Part shown: piece after piece, positions 38,987 to 53,469 of the stretch
Numbering within the stretch: position 1 is the stretch's first letter
How the letters are laid out: every line of letters starts with the position of its first letter
Assembly (NCBI GenBank): GCA_964035545.1
Contig: OZ037770.1
Coordinates: 4,186,662 to 4,250,661 of the forward strand
Length of the DNA stretch: 64,000 bases
Reading direction: 5' to 3'
Source of the DNA: Bugula neritina
Lineage: Eukaryota; Animalia; Bryozoa
The notes under the pieces: model-generated
Seen by the model: the letters and a program-made list of their open reading frames with translations, nothing else
Told to the model about the DNA's origin: nothing
The model's database searches: none
Position numbers and translations under genes: made by a program

Positions 38987-40962
38987 ATGGACTTATTTCA
39001 TTGAAATGGTGAGATAACCTTCCTCATAATAGAACAAGATAAGATGTATATAGTACTGCAGATATCACCTTTCATCGCTATGGCAACAAACATACAAACC
39101 TGTGTACAACCACTTCATTCCAATCATTTACTGAGATTCTGGAGTAATAACCGACTGAAGTCATTTTGAAACACTGTCAATGCAATGAGGTTCTTGTAGC
39201 AGTTGACAATCTGTGTGTTATATCCATAGCAAATTGTAAATGTTTTCGGAGTTGTCTCCATATTTCTATAATTCAGCGAGTAAACAACTCCCTAAATATA
39301 AATAGCTAGGATTTTCACTGTTCATCATGCTATGGGTCGGCCTTACAGAATTTTTCGATGTGTTGTACCAAGATTTTGTTCATTATTGTATTTTGATACA
39401 CTTTCATTGATGTTAATATGATAACTAAAATATACTACTTTGTGATGTCATTTCCTTTTACAAATGTTTATATAACAATTTATTTAAGAGAATAAAGTTA
39501 AACAAAATTAAATCTTCTCTCAGCTGTTGCGAAAAAAAATTATTTATAGTAAGCCAAGTATCCTTCTCATAAAGTATGCATTCGTATTGATAGGGTCACA
39601 TTCCTTAAAACATTATGGCATAATCAATTCACCAAATATGGGGTTGGAGACATTGTGACTAAATGCTAGCAGTCAAAGTTTGCGATTGAACTATTCTTGT
39701 TTGATTCATAGGGCCTGCTGTGTGTTACACAATTTTTAAAACCTTACGCTGCTGCAGCAGCATAAAACGATTAGTATAAAGATAATTATAAAATAAGTCT
39801 TGGTGTTGTCTGCTCTATATTGTGAATAGTTAGACTAAATTTCCTGATGACAAAATATAATAATTATTGTAATAACTATCAACAGTTTAAAGATGAGTTA
39901 TTGGGAACAGATCACATGCATATAAATGCTATAAATGTTTCACCCTAAAAAGTAGCCATATAGTGCTTACTGTGTAACTTTTACCTGTAGTGTGAACACC
40001 TTCACAGCATGGCCATTGCTACTAGTATAATATGCTGTAATACATGCTGAAAATAACACAAAACCTATCAGCTGAAAATTAAGCTACTGTCTATACTTCT
40101 GCAACTTTTCTTTTTTTAACTTTGAAACAAAATGCTTAGAGGTTACAATTTTTTTTATTATTATACACGGAGTCCTGGCTACAACATACTTATTATACGG
40201 TGTATAGATGCAATACCCAGCTTATAGCCATTTTGCTATACACGCAGTCACGGTTTTGCATGAAAATATATAGTGAAACTTATTATAGCCAGTATTATAT
40301 AATATATTATATTATATATTTTTGTATTATATAACTTTTTACCTACATACTGTATAATGTTTTTAGGTTGCTTATGCTCAAATAATTTCATTTCAATTGA
40401 TTTGTGCATGATTTCAAATTGCTTGCATGCAGACGGCATTTCCGACCGGCTTTGGCTTTAACACAATAATATACATATAAAACTTAGCCTAATTATAGCT
40501 TATAATTTTCATTGCATGCATGCATCTGAGGACAACAAAACCTAATAGATGAGCTAAATAAGCTGCATGGTTAAAGTTTTTGCAGTTTATATTATACATA
40601 CAATACAACATATATGTTTGTATATACTAATTTATTGTATTTATTTTGATATATAATTTAATATAATATAGTAAACAATGTGATTGTATATTATTATAAA
40701 CAATATTATATTGCAAATGCTATATGAATAGAGCATTACATCCTATAGTTATAATGCTATACATTATATCATCATATAATATTATATTATCATATAATAT
40801 TATATACTTATATCAGTTATTATATAAGTATAAAAAGAAAATACTCCTGGTAGTAAATATCACAACTATAATATAATCGATGATATTGAAAATTAATTGC
40901 ATTGCATTAATTAATTGAAAATTAATTAATTAATTGCATTAATTGAAATTAACTTGTGTGCA

Positions 40963-43023
40963 TTAGGAGAATTGCCTATTATATGTTTGATGGTGATCAG
41001 TTGCAGCTATATGTCTAGTAGAAATGTAGAAATATGTGATGAAAGTTCTTAAAAACTCCATGGCGTAAAAAACTCCCCTTTTTGATTTGTCATTTGGATT
41101 ACTTAAACTGCGTAACCAGTATTGACCTGCAATAATGGACCCAAATACCGGTGTTAATGACACTAGTATAATACTTAAACAGCTGTGCTGGCGTAATCCT
41201 ACTGTGGCAATGGATATAAATAATGAATAAACAAAATAAACGATCATTGAAAACTTTGCACGTCTCTTCTCAAAGTTCTTAATATTATGCAGAAGGTTTC
41301 TGATCAGTCCTTGGTCCTTGGTCAGTTGTTGGAACTTGTCAGCTAAATGAATGCTTTCTGTGGTGACTGTCTGAGAGTGCTTTGAGCTGGTAGTTCCAGA
41401 AAAATCCCAACTTCTTTCACTCAGATTGTCTGAAGCGTGACCTTGGACAGTTTCGGAATCTGCGTTGGAACTCAAATCGAAATCACGTTCTCCTTGAGTG
41501 GCTGTATCTCTGAGAATATCTTCATATGTCAAAGAGCATCCAATTGGATCAGCACGAATCACTGAACCAGTCAGCACTACAAAATATTATAGTTTCAATG
41601 GAAAAATCCACGAGATACATTATTTATGACTGTTACATGGAACTATGTAGCATGTCATATATTAGATAGTAAAGTGGCCCTTCTGCATATCTCACAAAAA
41701 ACCTTGATTCGTGACTCACATAAAAGAATACCAGATTTAAGTTCATCCAGTTTAGTTTATATACATGTACATATAACACACAGGCATTTAATCTTAACTT
41801 ATTATCTTATACACAATTGTATTTCACCTTTAAATCATTATCAAAACTTCATGATGCATGCACCCCCCCCCTCATTTAAACAATAGCTAGTTTCTTCAGT
41901 AATGGCTGGCTGTTTTACTTACACAAAGTTTAAAAATGGCATAAAAGGATCTTATGCTATGAAATTTCAATGATAAATTTTAGTCAAAAGCCATGACGTG
42001 ACAAAGCCCTTCTCGTGACATATGAACTTTCAGGGAAAGGGACCCCTGAGCTACGAAAGAAGCATTGTGCTATATATTGTAAAGTTACCTAATAGTGCAC
42101 TAAAGAACATAACTTCAACACAAACATACACCAACACCCTTGATTAATTAACCTGTAATTGAGCGCAGAAGTGTGCAAATATATTACATAAAATCATTCA
42201 TTTATATTTTGCCATAATGTAACTTATGGCAAAGTGTGAATGAAGGGTAATGTCAAATGGCAGAACAATATTACAATTAACAAGCAGCTTATAGATTGTA
42301 GTTTCATGGCAAATGCCTTTTGATTTTCTAAAGCCCGTTTTGATGAGTGTTGATTTTATTATATATGTGGTATTATTGTTATAGTCAGTTTTTATTGTAG
42401 CTATAATCAATATAGCATATTCCTGCATTGCTTTCAACTGCTCAGTAAATGCCAACATTGATAACCATGCAATTAGCAACCAATATATTATTATGAATAA
42501 GAATGAAAATTGATTATAAAATCTTTTACTGACTATAAGTCAATCACAAATTCAAATACTCACTCTTGCAAAGAAGAGCAGACTTCTGGGCTTCATGAAA
42601 TATTGCCACCAGGTTGTAACTGTCTCTTTCATTACTGCTGCTTGCTCTATGCTCAGATGACTGAATCAGTCTTGTTTCCACTTCTGTCTGGAAGTCTGGC
42701 AATATGGCAGATTGTTCAATATCTTCTGCGTCTCCTTCTGGTGCTAGAATTGGAACTGCACCTTCTTCAGCTGCAACTTCTGGCAAGGTTTGTGGGCGTG
42801 GCAATATGCCAGTTTGACCATCTCTTTCCAGTTCTGGCGGTGTTTGAGGTTCTGGTGCTGGCTGAAGCTGTACCGTCACCTCCTCTGGCATAGTCTCTGG
42901 TTCTGGAATAACTTCTGGTTCTAGGCTGACTTCAGAGCTAGAGCTATAGTCAGTTGGTAAGTCTACTGAACCACTAAAGGAATTACCATCTGGTAACTGA
43001 AGTAAGTAATCCAAAGTCGTCAT
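40963..43023 (-). CDS. Orphan protein copy B (~357 aa), paralog of 33483-35628
   Basis: Exons 43023-42564 and 41576-40963; same phase-1 intron; 1074 nt open frame. Confidence 0.7.
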
Positions 43024-43695
43024 TATTCTTGCAGGTAGTGTTTGATGCTTCCCATTAAGTAAAAACCTGGGGTTAAAATGTAAAAATTGCAGCAGCAAAA
43101 ACTGTTTGTCAGCAATTCCTAGCCAAGTTGTACAAAGCACAAAATAAAAGGATTACGAAAATTAAAAGAATATTAATTTTAGTCCATTGCATGCAGTAGA
43201 TCTCACAACGATAGTTGATGATGATGTGCCAACTGCAATACTTTAAGCTGCTCTGTTGCCTGCAGCTGTTGATAAAATATGCAAAGCTCATTACTTATCT
43301 TGGAGATAACATCTTGATATATTTGTTCATGAAATGCCATGTATAGGCTTGTATATTCTACATTTTCCATAAGAATATATAAACTGTATATATATACCCC
43401 CTGTTCACACATTGCCGTACCGTATGCTATAACAGCACAAACAAAATGGCGCGCTCTTACATTTTGCCAACAGGCGTTCACAAACGTACAAGTCACTAAA
43501 GAAAAGAATTAGCCTTATTATGATTGGTCACAGCTAAATGTTATGCGGTGTACTTTTTGTCAGTGCTGTGCGAATGCCTTTGGTTTGTGCTGTTACAGCG
43601 TACAGCAAGGTGTAAACAGCGGGATAAGTCTTTCCTTTTCATGAAATTTTACCCACTAAATTATATTATAGTCTACAGACAGAGTGGTCAAGTGA

Positions 43696-43890
43696 CTAGC
43701 ATTTTGCAAAGCTTGTGACTCCTAGGTGACCCCTAGAGTCACTTGAGCTCTTTGGTTTGAGTTTACACACCTTTTAAATACGCTTTAGTGGAATCATGAA
43801 TTTTTCCATTGCGAAGATGTAGGTCATGGTACTCTGTTTTGTTCTGATAAGGAGACATATCCCAAAACAGAGGCTGTCAAATGATTGCGG
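43696..43890 (+). mobile_element. Degenerate partial copy of the hammerhead-containing repeat
   Basis: Aligns to 59332-59484 and continues through a decayed hammerhead: ctgataa-ggagacatatccc-aaaa-cag-agg-ctg-tc (43844-43878). Confidence 0.8.
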
Positions 43891-44271
43891 CACTTATAGA
43901 TATATTTTGTACTCTGTATTGCACCAACATGAAATAGTGTTTCATCACGTCTTCCTGCTTGACTCGTTTGGTATGTACTTATAATAAAATGTGTAATTAC
44001 ACCTGTAATTCATATGACTGGCTGGTGACGTAACTTTTTTCAAATACTTATATTATAGTCTATAAATGGACATATCAATGATGGCACATGAGAGTAAAGG
44101 CAGTTGCTGGAGCCTATATACTATTGGAACATTTGATGCTATGGTAAACCTTGTATATTAGTGCATGATATGCCATGAGCAGTTGCTGCAGTATCAAGAA
44201 AACAAACATTCATAAACACTTCAACGCTGAGTCCAGAGAAAAGTTGGATCCTATTTTCTCATGAGATTCTC

Positions 44272-46892
44272 CAGCCAGCAGCAAGCAAAAGTTGAATGAT
44301 CGAGAGTTGCCATTTTATGTCAATATTACAATATTACAAAGTGCTACTTCATTATTATAAGAGGTTTCTTTGTGTGTGCCAATACCGCTTGCTGCAGAAA
44401 CTATAATGATATGATAAAATCAAATCAATCTAATGATTTCTTCATGTTAGAATTTACAAACACGATTTCTTTTTAAACATAATTTTCAATGAGCTGTAAT
44501 CAGTGCCATTATTTAGGCAGGCATGTACAAATAGCACAGATAAACTAACTATGCTACAATGTTTTGCGAATCAAGTTATTGTGAGAAGGAAAGGCAGGAC
44601 GCGTTGCTGTAAAGATATTAACAAGCTGGGTCAATAGTATTCAGAAACTGCAGTGACTTTGACAAAATAGAAGAGTCAGCTTTTTGATTGCTAGACTAGA
44701 TGGTAAACCTCCTGTTGACTTCTTGGTGGCTACTAGGAGGATGGAAATATAGCGTTTATCATCTGTAGTAATGTTATATAATGTATTCTAACACGGCACA
44801 ATTAGCACTGTGGCTGTGTACAATATTCCTACCAATCGAACTGTAGTCTGAGTTTGTCAAAATGAACTTTATCAAATCTGAATAATAACATGCAATGATA
44901 ACCTTTTTCAATCAATAAGATCAGCATATTGCCCTCTAATCTTTTAATTTCTGAAAATTGGCCAATTATAGCAAAGAACTTTGGTCACCCCTCATCCTAG
45001 CTTCTATAAATTATACACAAAAGGCCTATATAATGCATCAGTTCCATATCATTATATACCTGCTCAAAATTATTTGTTACAAAAACTCCATGATCGAATA
45101 AATTATTGGCAGATTTTCAAGTTTTTATTATACATCGTTATCGTTGAACTTTCATGATATGCAATCTTGAATGCTAAACTTGGCAATCTGCCATAATAGA
45201 TATAGTTACAAGAACAATGCATTTGTAAAATCCCAAAATGAAATGTGTTGCAGTTTTGTTTTAGATGACAAGTGAGGTGGTTATATTTTCCTTTCTGTTT
45301 GCACTGTCCTACTTCAATAATGTGAATCAAGTGCTGGTTTACATTTTGTTTTTACTGAATTATTGACTTTGAAATTAAGTGGTGCCTAGGTGAGACAAAA
45401 ATCATTGGCTGTAGCGTATATTTTCTTTAGAAGCCAGCAAGCAAAAGTTGAATGATTGAGAAAATTTGCAATTTTAAGTCAGAGAATGCAATATTACAAA
45501 GCGCTACTTCATTGTTATAAGATGTTTCCTTGTGTGTGCAATACCGCTTGCTGCAGAAACTATGATATGATAAAATCAAATTAATCTAATGATTTCTTCA
45601 TGTTAGAATTTACGAACACAGTTTCTTTTCAAACATGATTTTCAATGAGCTGTAATCAATCCCATGCATTATCTACGCAGGCATGTACAAAGAGCACAGA
45701 TAAACTAACTATGCTGCAAGGTTTTGCAAATCAAATTATTGTGAGAAGAAAAGGCAGAACTAGCTGGGTTAGTAGTATTCAGAGTGATTCAGTGACTTTG
45801 ACAAAATAAAAGAGTCAGCTGTTTGGTTGCTAGACCAGATGATGAACTTCCTATTGATTCGACTTGTCAGTGGCTACCAGGAAGATGGAAATATGGCATC
45901 TGTTACAGAGAATGTTGTGACCCTAAGGTTTTGAACCAAAGCTATGGTGAAGGCACGATGTGTTCTAACACGACTCAATTAGTATTTTGGCTGTGTACAA
46001 ATTTCCTACCAACATCTGCGAGTCTGAATTTGTCTGAATCAAATTAAATCAAATGTGAACAATGATTTGGCCCTTCCAATGACAACCTTTATATCAATAA
46101 ACAAGATCAGTATGTACCCATGCAGGTGGAATTAGATTAGAAAAACAATTTTATTGCAAAAACCCCATTCTGTCCTTTTTGTTAAAACTTTGGCATTAAT
46201 CTGCATGTATAACTCTGTTTGTATTACATACACCTGTATATGCATCATAGCATAGTATTGATGTATATTTTAGTGTATTTGCATCCTTTAAAACTCTATT
46301 CATATTGTGTTTGGAATTAAAAGAAATATTGTCTATTGGCTGCAAGTATAACCTGCATCATCATTGTTTTATATAATATGTTGATATAAAAGGAAAAAAC
46401 ATCTTAATTTCTAAAACTTGGCCCACTATATAGTAAAAAACTTTAGTCACACCTCATCCTGGCTTCTATAAATTAAACACAAAATATGTATAGTGCACCA
46501 GCTCCATGTCATTATATACCTACTAGATATTATTTGCTAATTCCAAAAAGTCAATATATGGTACAAAAACTCTATGCTTTTCTCAATTATTGGCAAATTT
46601 CCAAGCTTTTATTATACACCGTTTCATCGATATGCAATCTTGAAGTTTTTAGCTTGGCAATCTGCCATAATAGATATAGTTAGAGGAAAAATACATTTAT
46701 AAAATCCCAAACTGAAACGTGTTGCAGTTTTGTTTCAGCTGACGATTGAAGGTGATTATACTTCTCTTTCGACTTGCACTGTCTTACTTCAGTAACTCGA
46801 ACCAAGTGCTCCTTTAAATTTTGTGTACCCTATACCTACTGAATTATTGAGGATGAGATTAAACTGTGCCTACATGAGACTAAAAAACATTT
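44272..46892. repeat. Old tandem duplication of a ~1.15-kb unit (44272-45406 and 45432-46892)
   Basis: Shared starts (cagcaagcaaaagttgaatgat) and ends (gtgccta..tgagac), collinear throughout; copy 2 carries an extra ~270 bp at ~46120-46400. Confidence 0.85.
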
Positions 46893-46959
46893 AATCATAC
46901 TATACTGTATAATGTATAGCTATAGCCCATTCTAACTGGCCTAAAGATGTAACTGATGA

Positions 46960-47172
46960 CATACATACATACATAAATGCATGCATGCACGCACACACAC
47001 ACACATACACACACACACACGAGCACACACGCACACACCCGCAAGCACACGCACACACACGTATGCACGCACACACACGCGCGCACACACATACACACAC
47101 ACGCACACGCACACACGCACACGCATGCACGCACACACCCGCAAGCACACACACACACACGCACACACACAC

Positions 47173-47227
<55 letters not shown>

Positions 47228-47426
47228 CCTGCAAGCACACGCACACACACGCATGCACGCATACACACGCGCGCACACACATACACACACACGCACACAC
47301 ACATGCACACACACACACATACACACTTGCAAGCACACGCACACACACACATGCACGCACATGCATGCACGCACACACGCACACGCATGCACGCACACAC
47401 CCGCAAGCACACACACACATACACAC

Positions 47427-47481
<55 letters not shown>

Positions 47482-47577
47482 CCCGCAAGCACAGGCACAC
47501 ACACGCATGCACGCACACGCATGCACGCACACACATGCACACACACGCACACTCGCACACACCCACACGCACACACC

Positions 47578-47661
<84 letters not shown>

Positions 47662-47662
47662 C
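46960..47662. repeat. Compound (CA)n microsatellite
   Basis: Seen directly; source of six spurious ORFs. Confidence 0.95.
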
Positions 47663-48779
47663 ATTGAACTAAAAGGAAAATATTTAGCAAAACCAATAAA
47701 ATTTATTAAAATTGAATATTGAAATACTAATATAATGTTATATCCTAATACTATCCAAAGTTGCTAGTTTAATCAAAAATATTGATACTTAATTTGTAGA
47801 AAATTCTATTTAGAGACATTTTCAAAACAGAGCCATGGAACCAAACTTTCAATTAAGATGAACATTATTCAATACAGTATGCATTATCAGAGTGAAGACA
47901 ACTCCAATGTAACAAGTTACTATTAGCATTATACCTCATGCAGAGCTATAAACAATATATATCGTTACATTTTCATCATAAAATTCATAGAAATATTTTT
48001 GCTGTCGTTTGAACAAAATTGAGTTGTGCTGCTCGGCTGTCATTTAATTTTTGATAAATCACAATCATTAGTTAGAAACTATAATCCATGTATTGTATTA
48101 TAGAGACCATAACAATGTTTGTAACTATTTACCATTTCATGTTATATGTTAGTGGAATAAGTTATGCCATTAAATACGCTTTCTAAATCTTTGTAGTTCA
48201 TCATTATACAATTTACTTTGGCAAGTCCGTGTCAAGTCTTATTTATAGTCAACAGAAAATAATGAGTAAAAATCCAACAGCAGTACAATATTTTCTATTC
48301 AAAGCTATAATAAAATAATTCAATCGTTGCAGCATTTGAATAACTCTTTAACTCGAAAGAGTCTTGCATAAACTTTTACAAATGACCTTTGCTGATCTAT
48401 TTTATATGCTTTATTTGATTTAAAGAAGCAGTGCAACTATTTTTACTTCAAGTCTTTAAAAGAAGTAAAACTAACAAAAACTTAAATTTGTTGTATGTAG
48501 ATATCTTATTTATAAAAATACTATCCAGAAGGCCACTGTGATTCCATTGAAGGATTATAACTTTTATATATAATCAAATATATACAGGTTATTAGCTATA
48601 TAGCTATTTACTTAGCATAAATTAATTCCACGTGCTTGCTTCAGCACGTGACAGGTGTCTGTTATATAACAAGCATATAATCTGTCTGAGAGTATTTAGT
48701 GGTCCAGAAAGGAACAGTAGTTTTGCTGAAAGGTGTGTTGCAAATTTTACTAAATTCAAAATGGCTACTGCACGGGTTT

Positions 48780-49256
48780 AATTCTGATGACAGTGTTTGT
48801 ACTCACAGACACGAGTGAGTACTGCTTCAGTGAGTTTGGAGCTACACCAGTTGGACTGAATAAACATATGAGTATTGCCTTGGGTATATCCATCACAGTG
48901 ACCTTCATTACTTCTGTCATCTGCCTATAGTGAAGGTTTGGAGAGAATTAAAGAGAATGCAGTCAAGAAGTACAGTTCCAGCACCAAATGATCTGATAGT
49001 GAAGATGTCTACTCAGTTATACATCATGATAGTATCCATTGCTTTTTACTTGTCTTACACTCAAACAATTATATCAGCAGTGTTTAATGGTGTTGATAAT
49101 GTTCCAAGCAAATGGAAATATTTGGTCAATTGAACTTTCTTTTTCTACTTTACATCCTATAGCATTTTAAATGTTGTATTTGTTAATGATCCCAGACTAC
49201 CGTATTTTGTGTTAAACCTACTCAAGTTGAGGAATCCATTGGTACGGCCAAACTAA
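48780..49256 (+). pseudogene. GPCR pseudogene fragment (TM4 to C-terminus), paralog of 60240-61169
   Basis: EYCFSEFGA, WRELKRMQSRS.VPA..DL.VK and YFTSYSILNV match the intact gene; stop/frameshift near 48928 and TGA at 49131; 5' half absent. Confidence 0.85.
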
Positions 49257-49970
49257 AACTTACTTTATAAAAATAAGAAATTTTGTTTGGCGAAGTGATG
49301 TTTTATTTTATAGAAATTGGTTATGATATTGTGAAGTCAAGTTGAAGCCATCAATAGGCATAATGTTAACACATCCTCTGGTATAGTTTATATAAGTTAG
49401 TTAACATTGCTGTCACATTTGTTGTTGTTTAATTCTAGCTATAAGGGTCGTGTCTTTTCACAGTTAGCCTACATACAGTTTATGAAATTGAATAAATTTT
49501 ATGTAAATAGAATAAAAGTTATATCATTGATAAGCTACATATATGCACAGAGTTAAATATTTTATTGTCACTGAGCTATATATTAGTCATAATTTTAAAT
49601 AAATAAAATTTCTTGCATATTTATTTTTTCATTGAATTAGTTATTATTTTAAAAGAATGTTGTTTTATTTTTGTCAAAAGCTGCAAACGTGCTGTTGGAA
49701 TTGAAAAACCTTAGGAATTGAAATATTGCTTATGAGAGACTAAATAATTATTCTGATTTGCTTAATAGATAAAAGCTACTGATACTTTTACGCAGTAAAA
49801 AATGATCCAATCTGTAGATTACATAACATTTGACAGGCATGTTTCATAAAAACAATTATTTTAAAAAACAAATACAATGCAATGCACAGAATTTCTTTGA
49901 CAAATTTTAATTTGTTTACAGTCACTATATATAAGTTATTTACTTTCATTAAAAATCACCAGCCCTTTTC

Positions 49971-52900
49971 TTAGACATTAGAGTTTTTTCTCTTACAACA
50001 TTGTAACTTGACATCCAAAGGAAAACACATGCTAGTAATAATGTTTATTGCTCCTGATAGAACTAGAGTAGCTATAAAGTAGTACAGTGTGCTATCCCAA
50101 GATCCTGACAGAGTTTGAAGTTTTGCTGAAAAGAGAAAAAATACAGATTTAGACAGATATTGTCATCAAGTGCAATCTCTAAGCAGAGTTTTACTGCCTA
50201 AGACATTATGAAATTTTTCAACCGTCAAAATATTGATTTTTAACGCAATGTGTAATATGTGCACTTGGCTTTGCATGCAAGTTATATAGTAATTGGTTGG
50301 ATTTTGGTTGTTAAGATGCACTGTATCTCGAAATTATTAACTTATCATGGAAAAGAAAATAAGTGCAGTTGCATTATGGTATATAATATAATTAGAAAAA
50401 TATATAGAAAGCAACTCATGGTTACACTAAAAACATGCTATTAAAGATGATATATTATTATAAACCACTGTTGTCGCGTATACAATCCAAAAATTAGCAC
50501 AATAAAATCTATATTATATATACTTACGTAATATTGCAGAACTTATAACGGTAGATAGACTTTGCACACAGAGAACTATACCATTAGCAAAAGGAGCTAT
50601 GCTTTTATCAATTCTCTCTAGTATCACGAGTGGAAGCAAAGTCATTGTAGTTGTGTGGAAAACACCTAAAAATAAACATTTCTTTTTCAAAAGTAACTTA
50701 TGTTTAGAATTGCAATTTGAAACAGTTTTTGAGACTATAATAATCATTTGCTAAATATTGCGAATAAAACATTAGCTTTTCAGCATTTTATTCAATTTAT
50801 TTTTTTCCATTTGAATATAGTGTAGTTTTTAACTGATGTTTTATGGAAACCATGATGTTACTATAATACTCTAACAATGTTAACATTTACACCTGAGTCT
50901 TTTAAAACTTTCAAATTTCACAAACAACTATGTCTGTTATAGATGGATCAATTGTTTGGGCATTTGTCACATTTGTATAGCATTCACCGGTAACTAAAAA
51001 CAGTGCAATGCAATTAAAGTGATCAACTTATAAAGATAAACCTGCATGTGTAGATGACATTGTATAAGAATTCTAATTAGTATTACTAAAATCACTAAAT
51101 AATGCAAACCTAAAAAGAAGAAGGAAACATACAGAGCCTCTTTTTCAGCCCATGAAGTTAACAGTAATATGCTGCATGCTGTTGCAATAGAGGAAATACC
51201 AAGCTGGAACAAAGCTGATACCCAATTCTGATTGGTTACCCAGCCTTGTAGTATTCTGCTCAGTATGTCCATGATTCCGTAGACAATGAAAGCCGTAGAG
51301 AGCTGTAACAGATAACTTGATGATTAGCTCCAACTACAATTATGATCCAAACCTGTTTTTCAAAAATTGAAATTGACTATTTCCAATTTGCACTTGGTAT
51401 ACAATTTATAATTGGGAGTTGTGTCCTCTCAAAAGGGATATAATGATTATGATAAAGTATCTTTTAGCAGTTGAAATTGAACCTGGATAATGGCGTATTG
51501 ATTGTAAAATTTAAAATTCTACACCAACCATATGTATATATATAGTTAACAAGATAATGCTATTGACTGTTGTTCTTTATGTTTTATACTTGAAGTTACT
51601 CATGGAAATCACTTATATATATCTAACTGGTTCAAGCTTGTGTATACATTCATTTAATGTTTCTTGATATCTCAATACCCACACTGCTCTCATTTGAAAC
51701 TTTAGTTGAAGTATAAGATCGATTTAAATAATTAATCTTTTATATCTAATTATTATTATTAAAAGCAATGATTTATAAATGCAATAAATTGTACTTAATT
51801 ATAATTAACGCTCAAGTTTTTTTTCACAAGTTTCGTTTTAAGAGGTGAGATTCAATATTATCGTTTTCAATTTAGTGAAAGTACTCACGTGATACTTGGC
51901 TATCCCGTGTTCTTCTGTAAAGAGTGGAAATATTACAAAAGAGGAAGCATATCCTTGCATCATCAAAAACGAAGAGATGAGAAAAATAACAAACAGTCGG
52001 TTGAGGAATAGAAGACGGAGCATATCTTTCAGTGATTGAGAAGTAATTTCTGCATTTTGAGAGTCTTCCTAAAACATAAGTGCACAGGCTACTGTATAGC
52101 TCAAGAAAATGAATTTATAAATCAACATGCAGAAGTAATACTTTTATGTAAATAATTGTTTAACTTAATACATGAATTGCACAAAAATGGTATAATCTAA
52201 TTTGCCTATATACATTATGGCTTTATTATATCATGAACACTTTTAATGAAATTTTGTAATAATGTTATGGAATTAAATTATCATCTGATCAATTGTACAA
52301 TAAATGTATTTCACTTAATGTTCTCCTCAAAACACATTTAAAATATGTTTTCAAAATAACTTTGAGTTTATTATTGTGTCAAAAAAAAACAATAAGCATT
52401 TCATACTATAAAACCTTTTTATTTGGAAGCTCACAAAGTCTATTTAGTATAAATAAATGTTTTTATACTAATTATGATTGACTTTCATTGCATGCTATTC
52501 TTAGCTCCTGCAACACATGACATGCCACTTTATTACCAGCTTGAAAGTTCAAGGATTAAACTTTCAAGCCATTTATTTTTAACTCAGAGTTTTTTTCACA
52601 AAACAAGCATTGAGAAAAAAGTTGGGCCAAAACAAAACGTGTAGGCCTACTGAATATTATTGCATTAAAATATATTGAATTAAATCCAAAGTACTGCAGT
52701 CAATCAAATTTTGAACAAAATAAAAAAAAATTAAATTTACCATTTTTAGCAAACTCAACTGCCAAAAAAACTAAAGAAGCAAATATAATGAAGGTTTATA
52801 GATTAGAAAATTGTTAATATTAATTTTTAAGATAATTGTAATAAAATACTAATAGTATTGGGTTAATAGCACTGTTCAACTTACAAAATTTGCAAACTTA

Positions 52901-53278
52901 TATATGCAAATAATAAACGTCATGATTTTATATTTTGCATTAGCTGCATTTTAGTGTAATTCACCACATATAACTATACAATTTTGAAACCTTGCACAGC
53001 TGATATCTTCACTGTACTCACCTGGCTGCTTGGAGTAGAATTTATTTTCAGACTCGTCTCCCCACCTGAATAATAATAGGTAGGTGTAGTGATTGCTTTA
53101 ATTTTGCAGCCCTTTTTAATAAAGTTGGTTTTTACTTTTAAGTTACAAGCTAGAATTATCTGAATAATGTTAGGAGCGGTATTGGTACCATGGTGTTACC
53201 CAGCAGGTATAGGCAAATAGATAGGTTGATAGACTAATAGATAGATAGACAGGCAGACAGACAGGCAGACAGACAGGC

Positions 53279-53339
<61 letters not shown>

Positions 53340-53418
53340 CACACACACACACACAGACATACAGACACACAGGCAGGCAGGCAGGCATGCAGACAGACAG
53401 ACAGACAGAGCGGCAGGC

Positions 53419-53469
<51 letters not shown>

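Larger units (their letters stand above)
29670..43023. repeat. Tandem segmental duplication: copy A ~29670-35630, copy B ~37620-43023
   Basis: 30146-33280 matches 38308-41442 at offset 8162 (near-identical); the segment from 34017 matches from 41443 at offset 7426 and continues to ~35510/42890. Confidence 0.92.
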
